Shown piece by piece: positions 21,000 to 31,079 of a stretch of DNA of 64,000 nucleotides. Both the position numbers and the translations under genes were made by a program. The notes under the pieces are model-generated. The model was not told where the DNA came from and made no database searches. It worked only from the letters and a program-made list of their open reading frames with translations. The DNA comes from Polyangiaceae bacterium (GTDB taxonomy: Bacteria; Myxococcota_A; Polyangia; Polyangiales; Polyangiaceae), in NCBI GenBank assembly GCA_044376115.1, contig JBILLK010000001.1, forward strand, positions 384,001 to 448,000. The letters run 5' to 3'. Each line of letters opens with the position of its first letter. Within the stretch, counting starts at the first letter, position 1.

Positions 21000-21777
21000 C
21001 TTTGTCGGACTCCTTCGACGGCGCTTCCTCGTTCTGCGCCGTGGTGCTCTCCGGCGAAGACGGCTTCTTCACGTCACTCGGCTGAAGCTCCTCGCTCGGC
21101 TGAAGCTCCTCGCTCGGCTGAAGCTCCTCGCTCGGCTGAAGCTCCTCGCTCGGCTGAAGCTCCTCGCTCGGCTGAAGCTCCTCGCTGGCGCTCGCCTCCT
21201 CCGAACGTTGCGCCGAGCTTTCGCCAGGGGCGCCTTTCGGCTCGTTTTGCGGCTTCTTGGAGCGTTTGCCTTCAGCGCGCTTCTTCGTGTCCGACCGCAC
21301 CGCTTGCTCTTGTCCCAAGTGCGCTTGCACGACCTTCTCCGCTCGCGCCCGCTTCTCCTTGGACTTCTCGTCGATGACCTGGAGCAAGGCTTTTGCCTCC
21401 GCACGAAAGCGCCCGACCAGTACGCGGTAATCTTCCTCGCTGATCTTGCCGACAGCCCGCTCGAACTCGAGGTCTTTGAGGGCTCGCAACACGGCGCGCT
21501 TCTGCTCGAACTCGGTGTGCTGAGTGCCCAACGCGTAAGCGTCCGCACCGGAGAGCCTGGACTCGCCGATCAGCATGCGCACGCTGCTCCAGAACGCGGC
21601 GATCACTGCCACGAGCGCGAGCCCAGCAAGCACGAGAACGACGCCAGGCGCGCCGTAAGTGAAGCCGCTGTAACCGAGGGCGACACATGCGGCGACGGCA
21701 AAGACCCCCATCACGGCGCCTCGTGAGGGCCCTTCGTCCGCGGCTGTCGATTCAGGTTCGGCCTTTGCCTTGCTCAT
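20992..21777 (-). CDS. Membrane protein with CcmI-like helical segment and SEELQP repeats
   Basis: Two N-terminal TMs, LKDLEFERAVGKISEEDY, acidic repeat tail. Confidence 0.6.
   Translation of the reverse strand: MSKAKAEPESTAADEGPSRGAVMGVFAVAACVALGYSGFTYGAPGVVLVLAGLALVAVIAAFWSSVRMLIGESRLSGADAYALGTQHTEFEQKRAVLRALKDLEFERAVGKISEEDYRVLVGRFRAEAKALLQVIDEKSKEKRARAEKVVQAHLGQEQAVRSDTKKRAEGKRSKKPQNEPKGAPGESSAQRSEEASASEELQPSEELQPSEELQPSEELQPSEELQPSEELQPSDVKKPSSPESTTAQNEEAPSKESDKDE
21077..21184. repeat. Perfect 18-bp tandem repeat x6 (CTCGGCTGAAGCTCCTCG)
   Basis: Six identical units read directly; encodes (SEELQP)n on the minus strand. Confidence 0.97.
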
Positions 21778-22358
21778 TCTCGATCCAGATCCGAAAGCTC
21801 GCGATCCAACTTGTCGTCGTAGTCGTCCCGCGGTGCGTTCGCCTCGAGAGGTGCCTTCACTTTCTGGGCGGCTGCTCCCTGGCGCACCCAGCGACGCGCG
21901 ACGACGACGATCAGCGCCGCACCCAACACGATACCGAGCAAGGGCAGCGCCCAGATCAAGCGGCTCAACCCCTCATTGGGCGGCAAGGCCAGCGACTTGG
22001 TGCCAAACTTCGCCGAGTAGGCCTTTTGAACGGCCTGAATCGACATCCCGCCCTCGAGCATCTCCCGCAGTTCATCCCTGCGCTCACCCGAGTACTCACA
22101 GGTGCAAGTACCCAACGTCTCTCGGGGACAGCCGCACATGCAGATGAGACTGAAGAAGAGCTCCTTCTCCGTCTCATTGCGGATGCCCACGGTGCCCCCC
22201 TTGGCCACGTGCGACTGACCGACGGCATCGCTCGCCAGATGCGGAATCAGCACGAAAGCGAGCGCTAGCAGCGTCAGCCACTTACGCAAAAACCAGCGCC
22301 CAGGTTCTCTGACCGAGGCAGCGCCAGGCGCTCGCTTGACGGAGGCTTGGAGCTTCAT
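21774..22358 (-). CDS. ccmH: Cytochrome c biogenesis protein CcmH-like
   Basis: LICMCGC, YSAKFG..SLALPP, IWALP TM segment; directly downstream of ccmF. Confidence 0.75.
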   Translation of the reverse strand: MKLQASVKRAPGAASVREPGRWFLRKWLTLLALAFVLIPHLASDAVGQSHVAKGGTVGIRNETEKELFFSLICMCGCPRETLGTCTCEYSGERRDELREMLEGGMSIQAVQKAYSAKFGTKSLALPPNEGLSRLIWALPLLGIVLGAALIVVVARRWVRQGAAAQKVKAPLEANAPRDDYDDKLDRELSDLDRE

Positions 22359-24655
22359 TGCGTGGAGATTGTTGCGGCTGGAAGATGACTCTCGCTAGCC
22401 CACGACTCAAACGCGGCAGCATCCATCGGAGTGGATAAGCCGGGTGACGTGCGAGGCCAGAATTGCAGCATCATGCAGAATATTACGGTCATTGCTGCGG
22501 TAGCAGCGGCGCGGACATAGCTGAAGGCCGTTACTTCTTGCTCTTGGATGTCGGGGAACAGCGAGATGAAGGCCCCTAGTATCATGATCGCAGCACCAAC
22601 CAGCAGCCAAACTGCGAGCGGGTTTACGTGCATCTGAAAGGTCGCCACCTTGGATTGTGGATCCACGTTGGCCAACGTTAGGTAGAGGTCATCGCGCAGC
22701 GTGATGTGCCGAGCAATCTCGGTGGACATCTGACCGCCCATCGACTTGTAGATGTTGCGCGCCGGGGTCAGCTTACCGACCAGTACACCGCGCTCGTACA
22801 CCTCAAGCTCAGCGATGATCGACATCTTCTCTTGGTCGGATTCGCGACGTGAGTCGAGGTAGCGCACGCTGTACACCTCGTCGACCTGGAAGGTCGAACC
22901 CTTCTCCATCGAGGTCTCCACGTCCTTCGTCCAAGCGCGACCCGCGAAGTGGAGATAGAGGAAGACGATCCCCACGTGCACGATGTAGCCGCCGTAACGA
23001 CGACGGGACTTGCCTACCAGGCGGAAGAGCGCACCCCAGAAGCCCTCGCTCTGATTGCGAGCCTTGGCGGCGGCTTTGCGAGCGCTGATACCCCGCGCAA
23101 ACTCTTGAATGACGACTGCGAGCTTGAAGGCCGAAAGGGATGTGACGACCAGCGGGAGCCACCCATTGATCAACGCCACTAATCGACCGACGTTGTGAAC
23201 CGTGACTGCACCGGCACGCTCGAGTGCGCTAGCTGAGATCACCTCGGGCATCGGGTAGATGTTGGGCATCTTCACGTAGGGCGGCATGCGCAACTTGCCA
23301 GCCAACGCGAAGTGCGCGACCGCTGCGACGCACAAGGCAACGGTGGGCCAGAAGAAGCTCTTTCGAAACAGCTCGGGGCTGGTTTTGCGCCAACCCAAGA
23401 GCGGCGCAACGCACATCAAGGCGAAGATCAGCACCAAAGGAACGGGCAACCAGAAGTTGTAGAAGGTGGGCCCAACCGCCGACTCGTAGTTGAGGAAGGC
23501 CTCGCTGATCATGGGCCAGGTGGTCGCGCAGGCGATGAAGGCGCAGCACCCGAGCAGCGCCCAGTTGTTCGCGAGGAACGCGGCCTCACGTGACATCACC
23601 GTCTCGAGCTGACCTTCACTCCGCAGAAGCGGCAGGCGCCACACGATGAGCCCCACCGAGAAAGCGATCAGGAAGCCGATGTACCAGATGAAGTAGGTGC
23701 CGATCCCGCTCTGAGCGAAGGAGTGAACGCTGGCGATTAGGCCCGAGCGCGTAAGGAAGGTGCCGAAGAACGTCAGAATGAAGGTCGCGCAAATCAAGAA
23801 GACGTTCCACACGCGCAGCATGCCGCGGCGCTCTTGGATCATCGTCGAGTGCACGTAGGCGCTCGCAGTCCACCAAGGCAGACAAGCCGCGTTTTCCACC
23901 GGATCCCAAGCCCAATCTCCGCCCCAGCCTAGCTCCTCGTAGGCCCACATCATGCCGAGGATGTTGCCGATCGAGAGCCACAGCCAAGAGAAGAGCATCC
24001 ACTTACGAGTTGCGTTGATCCACTCTGAATCGAGCCGGCCGGTGATCAGCGCTGAGACACAGAAGGCGAACGGGATCAGACAGCTGACGAACCCGATGTA
24101 GAGGCTCGGGGGATGGATGATCATGTAGAAGTTGCGGAGCTGGTAGTTCAGCCCCTGGCCGTCTGCGGGAGCGCCGCCAATGTTGGTGGCGAACGGGCTC
24201 ACGGCGAAGATCATCAAGATCGCGTCGAAGGCGATCACCGCCGAGAGCGTTGCGAGTACATACGGTTGAAGCTCGATGTAGCGACGGCCGAGCCACTTCA
24301 CGCAGATGCCAGCGAACAGCGCCGTGAGGAACAACCACCACAACCACGAGCCGTCTTGCCCGCCCCACAGAGCGACGATCTGGTAGGCCGTGGACATTCC
24401 CCGGTCGCTGTAGCGAGACACGTAGGAGAGCCGGAAATCGTTGCTAACGAAGGCGTACGCGAGCGTCAAAACCGCGACGCCGATCAAAGCTACCGTTCCG
24501 TAAGCTCCCTGACGCGCGGCCGACAGCAGCCTCGGTCTTCCTGCTCCGGCCGCGACCGAGACAGCGAAGGTGTACGCCGCCGCCACGAGGATGGCGTAGA
24601 GCACGGTGGTTCCGAACTCCGGAAGCGAAAACCAAGGAATACGAGGCAAGTTCAT
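22355..24655 (-). CDS. ccmF: Heme lyase CcmF/NrfE family
   Basis: WGGQDGSW, IHPPSLYIG, WAYEELGWGGDWAWDPVEN, TRSG..SVHSF, NPL..W. Confidence 0.95.
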   Translation of the reverse strand: MNLPRIPWFSLPEFGTTVLYAILVAAAYTFAVSVAAGAGRPRLLSAARQGAYGTVALIGVAVLTLAYAFVSNDFRLSYVSRYSDRGMSTAYQIVALWGGQDGSWLWWLFLTALFAGICVKWLGRRYIELQPYVLATLSAVIAFDAILMIFAVSPFATNIGGAPADGQGLNYQLRNFYMIIHPPSLYIGFVSCLIPFAFCVSALITGRLDSEWINATRKWMLFSWLWLSIGNILGMMWAYEELGWGGDWAWDPVENAACLPWWTASAYVHSTMIQERRGMLRVWNVFLICATFILTFFGTFLTRSGLIASVHSFAQSGIGTYFIWYIGFLIAFSVGLIVWRLPLLRSEGQLETVMSREAAFLANNWALLGCCAFIACATTWPMISEAFLNYESAVGPTFYNFWLPVPLVLIFALMCVAPLLGWRKTSPELFRKSFFWPTVALCVAAVAHFALAGKLRMPPYVKMPNIYPMPEVISASALERAGAVTVHNVGRLVALINGWLPLVVTSLSAFKLAVVIQEFARGISARKAAAKARNQSEGFWGALFRLVGKSRRRYGGYIVHVGIVFLYLHFAGRAWTKDVETSMEKGSTFQVDEVYSVRYLDSRRESDQEKMSIIAELEVYERGVLVGKLTPARNIYKSMGGQMSTEIARHITLRDDLYLTLANVDPQSKVATFQMHVNPLAVWLLVGAAIMILGAFISLFPDIQEQEVTAFSYVRAAATAAMTVIFCMMLQFWPRTSPGLSTPMDAAAFESWASESHLPAATISTQ

Positions 24656-24781
24656 CGGGGTTCCCAAGCTTAGGGTGGGAGTCGAGCGAAAGCACGGCGG
24701 AAACTGGCCTTGACCCGCGTCCTCTACGGGCCCAAAGACCAAGCGGAGCTATACTCTGGGCGGCAGCCGAGGAGAAACCCA

Positions 24782-26047
24782 GTGACGTCAGGTGAACGCG
24801 AGCACAGCGACGGCGACCTCATCTTTGATTGGAACGAGGTCGGGCGCAAAGGCCGGCTCTTTCCTGACAATCTCACGTTCTTCGACGAAACGCTGCGGGA
24901 TGGCCTGCAGAACCCGAGCGTCACCGACCCGAACATCGAGCAGAAGCTGAAGCTGATCCACTTGATGGACCAGATCGGCATCCACGTAGCGGACATCGGG
25001 CTGCCGGGCAGCTCCAAGCGCGCCTTCGACGACGTGCTGCGCATGTGCCGAGAAATCACCGACAACAAGCTGAAGCTTCGCGTCGCCTGCGCTGGGCGCA
25101 CGGTCGTCTCCGACATCACCCCGATGATCGAGATCTCCCAGCGCGCGGGCATCCCGGTCGAGGTTTACGCCTTCATCGGCTCGAGCCCGATTCGGCAATT
25201 CGCCGAAAACTGGGACATCGACACGATCGCCAAGAAGTCCGCCGAGGCGATCGACGTGGCGGTGAAGGCCGGCCTCGAGGTCGCCTACGTGACCGAAGAC
25301 ACGACGCGCTCCCGGCCCGATTCGCTTGCGCACTTGTTCAAGAACGCCATCGACCACGGCGCCACCCGACTCTGCCTTTGCGACACCGTCGGCCACTCCA
25401 CGCCGGACGGCGTGCGCAATTTGATCGGCTTCACCAAGAGCATCGTCGCCGGCATGGGAGCTTCCGTTGGCATCGACTGGCACGGTCACAACGACCGCGG
25501 CCTCGCTTTGGTGAACGCGATTATGGCGCTCGAGTGGGGAGCGGATCGCGTGCACGGCACGGCGTTGGGCATCGGCGAGCGGGTCGGCAATGCGGCCATG
25601 GAGCTCATCCTGCTGAACCTCAAGCTCTTGCATCAGCTCGAACATCAAGATCTGACGCACTTACTCGAGTACTGTCGCGTCGCGGCGGAAGCGGTCGAAT
25701 GGGACGTGCCCATCAACTACCCGCTGGTCGGCAGTGATGCCTTCCGCACCGCAACCGGCGTTCATGCTGCGGCCATCATCAAAGCCGAGGGCAAAGGGGA
25801 CGCGTGGCTCGCCGACCGCATCTACAGCGGTGTGCCCGCGGGAATGTTCGGGCGCCGCCAAGAGATTTGTATTGGCTATATGTCGGGCGCCTCCAACGTC
25901 AATTACTGGCTGCGGGCGCGCAAGATCGAGCCCTCCAAAGCGCTGGTGGACGCCATCCTCGCGAAGGCCAAAACCACACAACACAACCTCGCGGAGGAAG
26001 AGATTCTCGCTGTCGTACGTGAGGTGAACAACTCTCAGCCAAGTTGA
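24782..26047 (+). CDS. DRE-TIM synthase, LeuA/homocitrate synthase family, no C-terminal regulatory domain
   Basis: DETLRDGLQ, LCDTVG, HGHNDRG, GIGERVGN; GGAGA upstream of GTG 24782. Confidence 0.85.
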   Translation: MTSGEREHSDGDLIFDWNEVGRKGRLFPDNLTFFDETLRDGLQNPSVTDPNIEQKLKLIHLMDQIGIHVADIGLPGSSKRAFDDVLRMCREITDNKLKLRVACAGRTVVSDITPMIEISQRAGIPVEVYAFIGSSPIRQFAENWDIDTIAKKSAEAIDVAVKAGLEVAYVTEDTTRSRPDSLAHLFKNAIDHGATRLCLCDTVGHSTPDGVRNLIGFTKSIVAGMGASVGIDWHGHNDRGLALVNAIMALEWGADRVHGTALGIGERVGNAAMELILLNLKLLHQLEHQDLTHLLEYCRVAAEAVEWDVPINYPLVGSDAFRTATGVHAAAIIKAEGKGDAWLADRIYSGVPAGMFGRRQEICIGYMSGASNVNYWLRARKIEPSKALVDAILAKAKTTQHNLAEEEILAVVREVNNSQPS

Positions 26048-26077
26048 TTGTTGTCGCTCGCATTGGGCTCGTCCGCG

Positions 26078-29047
26078 ATGAAAGTTAGCCAGCCGCGCCC
26101 ACCGAAGTTGTGGGAACGCGGAATCGATGTCCTGCTCGTCAGCGTCGCAACGCTGATTTGCCTGCTGTTCACCGCGCAGCTTTTTGACACTCGCTTCGTG
26201 CGCGCGCCCAAGCTCGCTCCCACGGCTGTCGTCTTGAACGGCAGTGGGTCACTGACCGTTCGTACGATTGATGCGGAAGGGCGTGGCTTTGCTGGGGCCG
26301 TCATCCGCCTCTTCTTCGTAGCGCAAACGGGAGCGGTCTCCTTTGCAGGAGAACGTTGGGGCGAGACCGACACGGGCGTTCGATTCGAGCAGGTCCCGCA
26401 GGGAGAGCTTTGGGTCGTCGGGTATGGTGAAGGAAAGGCGCGCGCGACGGCGCGTGTGACCTTGGGGCTCGAAGAAAAGAGCGTCACCTTGCAAATGCTC
26501 GAAGCGCATTCGCTCGACGTGAAGGTGGTGGACGACGAAGGCAAGCCGCTGGCCTTCGCCGAGATCGAAGCGCGGGGCAGTGAGACGGTTGCCCATCGCT
26601 TGACCACTGACGAACAGGGGATCGCGCATTTCGACCGCTTGCAAGCCCCACCGTGGAGCGTGAGCGCCGGTGGAAACGGCTTTGAGCCCGCCTCCAAAGT
26701 TGGGGTCTATCCCGAGCAAGAGCCGCTGCTATTCAAGCTCGAACGGCTGGGCGGCTTTGAGATCCACGTCGTCGATGTGGACGGTGAGCCAGCCGCGATG
26801 GCGGACGTGATGATCTCAGGACCTGGCCTGTGGCCCGCGCGTATGACGCAAACCGACGCGCAGGGGAACGTCGTAATCAGCGGTCTTTATGGCGGCATCT
26901 ACGATCTGAAGGCCAAGCTCGACGACAAGGTATCGGCGACGGCGATGAGCGTGCTTTTGCCCAAAGGCAAGACGATCGAGCAGACGCTCAAGCTCGAAGA
27001 GGGCCGCTATGTGGTGGTCACCGTGACCGACGGCCCGATGCGCGCCGACGGCGTCGACCCGCGACCCGTGGAAGACGCAGGCGTACTCGTGGTGGAGGAC
27101 GGCTTGTCCGCGTTCCCACTTGAAGCGCGTACCGGCAAACTTGGCGTGGCGATCGTTGGGCCGCTGAGCGGAAGCGAGCTCACCGTCTCGGCGCGCGCGC
27201 AAGGCTTCGTACCGCGCACGGCGACGCCGGAAGACGTGCTCGACGACCGCATCACGATCCCGCTATTGCGCGGTGGCACCATCCTCGGTGAGGTTCGCGA
27301 CGCGCGCGGGTTCCCTGTCGACGGCGCGACGATCGAGGTCTTCGGCACCGACCTCGACGGCATGCCGATTCATGAGACCTCCGACCGCTCGAGCTTCGGG
27401 GAGGACCTCTTCACCTTCAGCTTGCAAGGTCCTGTGCCGCTGCTGCCGCGCGGTGAGCTCGGAGTCATGCCTGGACCGGTACCACCGATTCCCCATGCTT
27501 CTTCGACCTTGATCAATGACGAGCCGAGCTCGGTGCTCGCGCCCTGGGTGAGCGACGGGTTCGGTGAGTTCAAGGCCACGCCGGTTACGCCGGGTCGCGT
27601 GCAAGTGTTGGTGCGCCATCCCGAGTACACCGAGTATCTCAGCGACGTGCTCAGCATCGAATCCGGCGGTGAAGTGCGGCTCAAAGTCGTGCTCAAGCCT
27701 GGCGGCTTTCTCGAAGGGCGCGTGGTCGAGGAAGACCGTTTTGCGGTCGTGGGCGCGCGCATCGAGATCGCAGCGCTAGCCGGTACACATCAAGAACTGA
27801 CCTACACCAACGACGACGGCGTCTTCTCTGCAGCCGGACTTCCCGAGATGGTGCTGGTCACGGTGTATCGCGGCGACTCACTCGGTGAAGTCGCCGCGCG
27901 GCTCGAAGTGGCGATCGAACCGGAGCAACGCAAGCGCATCGAAATCACGCTACCGCGCGTGCGCGAATCGTCGACCTTCCGTTTCGTCGATGCCTTCGGC
28001 GCACCGGTCTCGCGAGCCGAGGTTCGAGTGCAATCGCTCGACCTTCAAACTGTGCTGGTCCGCACCCTATTCACCGATGAAGACGGCTCTGTCGAGGTGC
28101 CGAACGCGCGCGGATTGCCGCTTCGTTTAGTGGTCGAGCGTCCGAGTTTTGCGACCTACTTCGATACGCTGCAGGCGGCGGAGGCCAAGCATCAGTTCAC
28201 GTTGCAGGCCGGCCGCACCTTGCGTGGCTACATCACAGCGGGTGAAGGTCGTGTCAAAGTCGAGGGCGCCGCGATCACTCTGTACACGCTCGGCGCGGTG
28301 CATCACCTCGTCAGCGACGAAGAGGGCCTGTTTGAGCAGGGAGATCTTGCGGTGGGCCGCATTCGAATCGTGGTTCGACACGAGGAGTACGCAAAGAGCG
28401 AACTTGTGGTGGCGTTCGAGGGAGACGCTTCGCGGCCGATCGAGCTCGAGACGATCGATCTCCTTCCCGCTGGAACGGTCGAGGGCACGGTGATCGATGA
28501 CGCCGGCAACTCGATCGTGGGAGCGCGCGTTGGTCTCGACGCCGTACCGACGTATCTCCCACCGGGTCGCCTCCCGCTCGAGCTCGCCCAAACCGATGCC
28601 GACGGTCGCTTCACCTTGAAGGGCCTTCCCGAGCGCCTGTGCGAGCTGGAGGCCTACAGCCCCGAACTCGGCCGCGGGCGCGTGAAGGATGTCGACGTGC
28701 GCGCTGGTCGTATCACGCGCCGCGTGACCATCGTGATTCCGCCGCAAGAGTACGCGCCACGTAAGATCCTCACCGCAGGCTCGGTCGCGCTGACGTTGGC
28801 CGAACGTTCGGGCAAAGTCGTCGTGCTGAACGTACCCGACGGTGGACAAGCCGAGCTTGCCGGTATGGAGCCGCAAGATCAATTGCTGACCATCGGCGCC
28901 AAGCCGATCGACTCGATCGAGACCGCGCGCGACAAGCTCAGTGGCCCATTGAGCGAGGACACCATCGTCGAACTGTTGCGCCCGATGCCGAGCGGCGAAC
29001 CGATCCCGATCACGCTACGCGTTCGGCGTGAGAGCGTGCGGCGCTGA
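26078..29047 (+). CDS. Membrane protein with carboxypeptidase-regulatory-like repeats and C-terminal PDZ domain
   Basis: Repeated V.D..G.P...A.V / TD..G.F motifs; GGQAELAGMEPQDQLLTIG PDZ motif. Confidence 0.8.
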   Translation: MKVSQPRPPKLWERGIDVLLVSVATLICLLFTAQLFDTRFVRAPKLAPTAVVLNGSGSLTVRTIDAEGRGFAGAVIRLFFVAQTGAVSFAGERWGETDTGVRFEQVPQGELWVVGYGEGKARATARVTLGLEEKSVTLQMLEAHSLDVKVVDDEGKPLAFAEIEARGSETVAHRLTTDEQGIAHFDRLQAPPWSVSAGGNGFEPASKVGVYPEQEPLLFKLERLGGFEIHVVDVDGEPAAMADVMISGPGLWPARMTQTDAQGNVVISGLYGGIYDLKAKLDDKVSATAMSVLLPKGKTIEQTLKLEEGRYVVVTVTDGPMRADGVDPRPVEDAGVLVVEDGLSAFPLEARTGKLGVAIVGPLSGSELTVSARAQGFVPRTATPEDVLDDRITIPLLRGGTILGEVRDARGFPVDGATIEVFGTDLDGMPIHETSDRSSFGEDLFTFSLQGPVPLLPRGELGVMPGPVPPIPHASSTLINDEPSSVLAPWVSDGFGEFKATPVTPGRVQVLVRHPEYTEYLSDVLSIESGGEVRLKVVLKPGGFLEGRVVEEDRFAVVGARIEIAALAGTHQELTYTNDDGVFSAAGLPEMVLVTVYRGDSLGEVAARLEVAIEPEQRKRIEITLPRVRESSTFRFVDAFGAPVSRAEVRVQSLDLQTVLVRTLFTDEDGSVEVPNARGLPLRLVVERPSFATYFDTLQAAEAKHQFTLQAGRTLRGYITAGEGRVKVEGAAITLYTLGAVHHLVSDEEGLFEQGDLAVGRIRIVVRHEEYAKSELVVAFEGDASRPIELETIDLLPAGTVEGTVIDDAGNSIVGARVGLDAVPTYLPPGRLPLELAQTDADGRFTLKGLPERLCELEAYSPELGRGRVKDVDVRAGRITRRVTIVIPPQEYAPRKILTAGSVALTLAERSGKVVVLNVPDGGQAELAGMEPQDQLLTIGAKPIDSIETARDKLSGPLSEDTIVELLRPMPSGEPIPITLRVRRESVRR

Positions 29048-29048
29048 G

Positions 29049-30419
29049 ATGAGGAGCTCGCTCGCGGCGACGTTTGCGTACCTGTGGCTGGGTTGCTCCG
29101 CGGTTTCTCCACCTGCACCGACGACCACGCAGCGCGCCCCGGAGCCCGTCGCTGAGCCTGCTCCGCCGTGGTCCGACGCTTGGCTGCTCGAGCAAGGTCA
29201 GAGCTTTCTTCACGACGACCTCGCGCGACGCCAAGCACTGGAGCAATCGCTCAGCAACCCGGAGAACCTGTACTCGCGGCAGCGGCTCAACTCCTACGGA
29301 CACGTGCGGTACGGCTGGGACCTGCTGCCCGAGTGGAACCCTCGCTCAAAGCGCGTTGACGGCGCCATGGCTCATTCGCTCGAGCTGGACACGGTTCCGG
29401 CGATCCCGCGTGACCATGCGCCGCTTTGGGACGGCCAAGTCCCAACCACGATGGCGGGCTGGGTGGCCCTGGGCGAGCGCGTCTTCTTCGAGTTCCCGAT
29501 GCGCGCGGAGGTGTTCGCCGAGTTCGCGCTGACCCAACCGAAGCTCGCCGAGGCCGTGGGGCTCGAACGCACGAGCGATGGGGAGGTACCTGGCTTGGTG
29601 ATCTTCACCGACATCGACGGCCAAAGCCGCGTAGGAATCACCTGCGCGCTGTGCCACTCCGCCGTCCACGATGGCGAGCTGGTGGTGGGTGCGGCGCGGC
29701 GTCGCTTTGACTACGGCCGGCTGCGACTCGCTTTCTTTGACGAATACGGCGTTGCGGTCGAGCCCAGTATGGCGCGCCGTCTAGCGAGCTGGGGCCCTGG
29801 GCGCGCCGACGTTACCGAGGACGACGACGAAGATCCGGTGGCGATCCCTGATTTGTGGGGCCTTCGAGCGCAGCGCTGGCTCACGCAAGCCGGGACGATT
29901 CGACACCAGAGCCCGCTGGCTTTGGCCATTCGCCAAGAGACCCAACTAACCGATTCGAACCATCTAAAGGTACGCCCGCCGCGTGAGCTCGCGTGGGCGC
30001 TGGCGATGTACGTCTATTCGCTGGAGCCGCAGGCGCGCCCGCAACCACCGGCCACCTCCGACCTCGCCCGCGGCCGCGCGCTCTTTGCTTCCGAGTGCCA
30101 TAGTTGTCACGCCAATGCAGCGTACGGAGGAGCTCCGCTGCCCGCCGAGCTCGTTGGGACAGACGCATCGCTTGCGACAGGCCGTGGACGCGGGACCGGC
30201 TCGTACCGTGTGCCGTCGCTGCTGGCGGTTGGAGCGGGTGCGCCTTACTTGCATGACGGCTCAATCGCTTCACTCGAGGAGCTGCTCTCGCCAGAACGTC
30301 TCGCGCCCCACTACGCAGCTGGCCTACTGGGGCCAGGCGCCGTGAGAGGTCATGAGGCCGGTACACAGCTTTCGGTCAGCGACCGCAAGGCGTTACTGGC
30401 GTTCCTCGCTACGCTGTAG
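29049..30419 (+). CDS. Di-heme c-type cytochrome lipoprotein
   Basis: WLGC lipobox, CALCH and CHSCH, YRVPSL...GAPYLHDGSI (peroxidase/RoxA-like C-terminus). Confidence 0.8.
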   Translation: MRSSLAATFAYLWLGCSAVSPPAPTTTQRAPEPVAEPAPPWSDAWLLEQGQSFLHDDLARRQALEQSLSNPENLYSRQRLNSYGHVRYGWDLLPEWNPRSKRVDGAMAHSLELDTVPAIPRDHAPLWDGQVPTTMAGWVALGERVFFEFPMRAEVFAEFALTQPKLAEAVGLERTSDGEVPGLVIFTDIDGQSRVGITCALCHSAVHDGELVVGAARRRFDYGRLRLAFFDEYGVAVEPSMARRLASWGPGRADVTEDDDEDPVAIPDLWGLRAQRWLTQAGTIRHQSPLALAIRQETQLTDSNHLKVRPPRELAWALAMYVYSLEPQARPQPPATSDLARGRALFASECHSCHANAAYGGAPLPAELVGTDASLATGRGRGTGSYRVPSLLAVGAGAPYLHDGSIASLEELLSPERLAPHYAAGLLGPGAVRGHEAGTQLSVSDRKALLAFLATL

Positions 30420-30433
30420 CGTCAGTCGGACGG

Positions 30434-31042
30434 CTAGGTTTCGACGTCTGCCGGGAGGATTGTTTCGGCGAAGACGGTCGCCTGCTTACTCAACGTATGT
30501 TTGGTTCCACCCACCGAGACAACAGCCTTTACCTTGTAAACACTAACCTGAAGCTCATAAACGCTTCCGAGCGACGCATGGCCCAGTGCGTAGCTCACGG
30601 ACAACTGTTGGTTGGGTGCGACTTGTTGGTTCCACGGTACGTAGCTGCCATTCGACCAAATCATAGGCTCCCGTGGGACCATCTCGCCAATCAAGCGGTC
30701 CGCCTCGTCGAACACCTCGACCTTCTCGATACGAAGTTCGCTCGGTAGGCCACCCGCTTGCGAAGTAACCGACAGCTGCATTGCTGTTTGCCGGCAAGCG
30801 CTCTCACCGCGTGGGATAGACCGTTTGCTCTCCCCTTGAAACTCCTGATCAGCCATCGCAGTTGGCAAGACAGGCACAGGGTTGGAGCCGCAGTCCTCAC
30901 CCAACTTGACGGAGGCCATCACCACCGTGACGTTGGCTGGCCCAACCTCGGGAACCTCAGGGGTGCGCGGCTTTACATCCCCGCTGCAGCCAAGCAAAGC
31001 CAACCCGACAGCTGACGTAGAGAGCCCGCGCACAAAGACCAT
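30434..31042 (-). CDS. Hypothetical lipoprotein (paralog of 31080..31781)
   Basis: LLGC lipobox; shared motifs with neighbour. Confidence 0.7.
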   Translation of the reverse strand: MVFVRGLSTSAVGLALLGCSGDVKPRTPEVPEVGPANVTVVMASVKLGEDCGSNPVPVLPTAMADQEFQGESKRSIPRGESACRQTAMQLSVTSQAGGLPSELRIEKVEVFDEADRLIGEMVPREPMIWSNGSYVPWNQQVAPNQQLSVSYALGHASLGSVYELQVSVYKVKAVVSVGGTKHTLSKQATVFAETILPADVET

Positions 31043-31079
31043 AGGACAAACTACCACGCGCAGCTTCCGCCGAAGCCGC

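Noticed and set aside
21077..21184. CRISPR array
   Set aside because: Contiguous repeats with no spacers, inside a CDS; no cas genes. The same applies to 58068-58184
20935..21726. Plus-strand ORF with (LKLLAR)n resembling an amphipathic peptide
   Set aside because: Antisense reading of the SEELQP VNTR within the ccm operon gene
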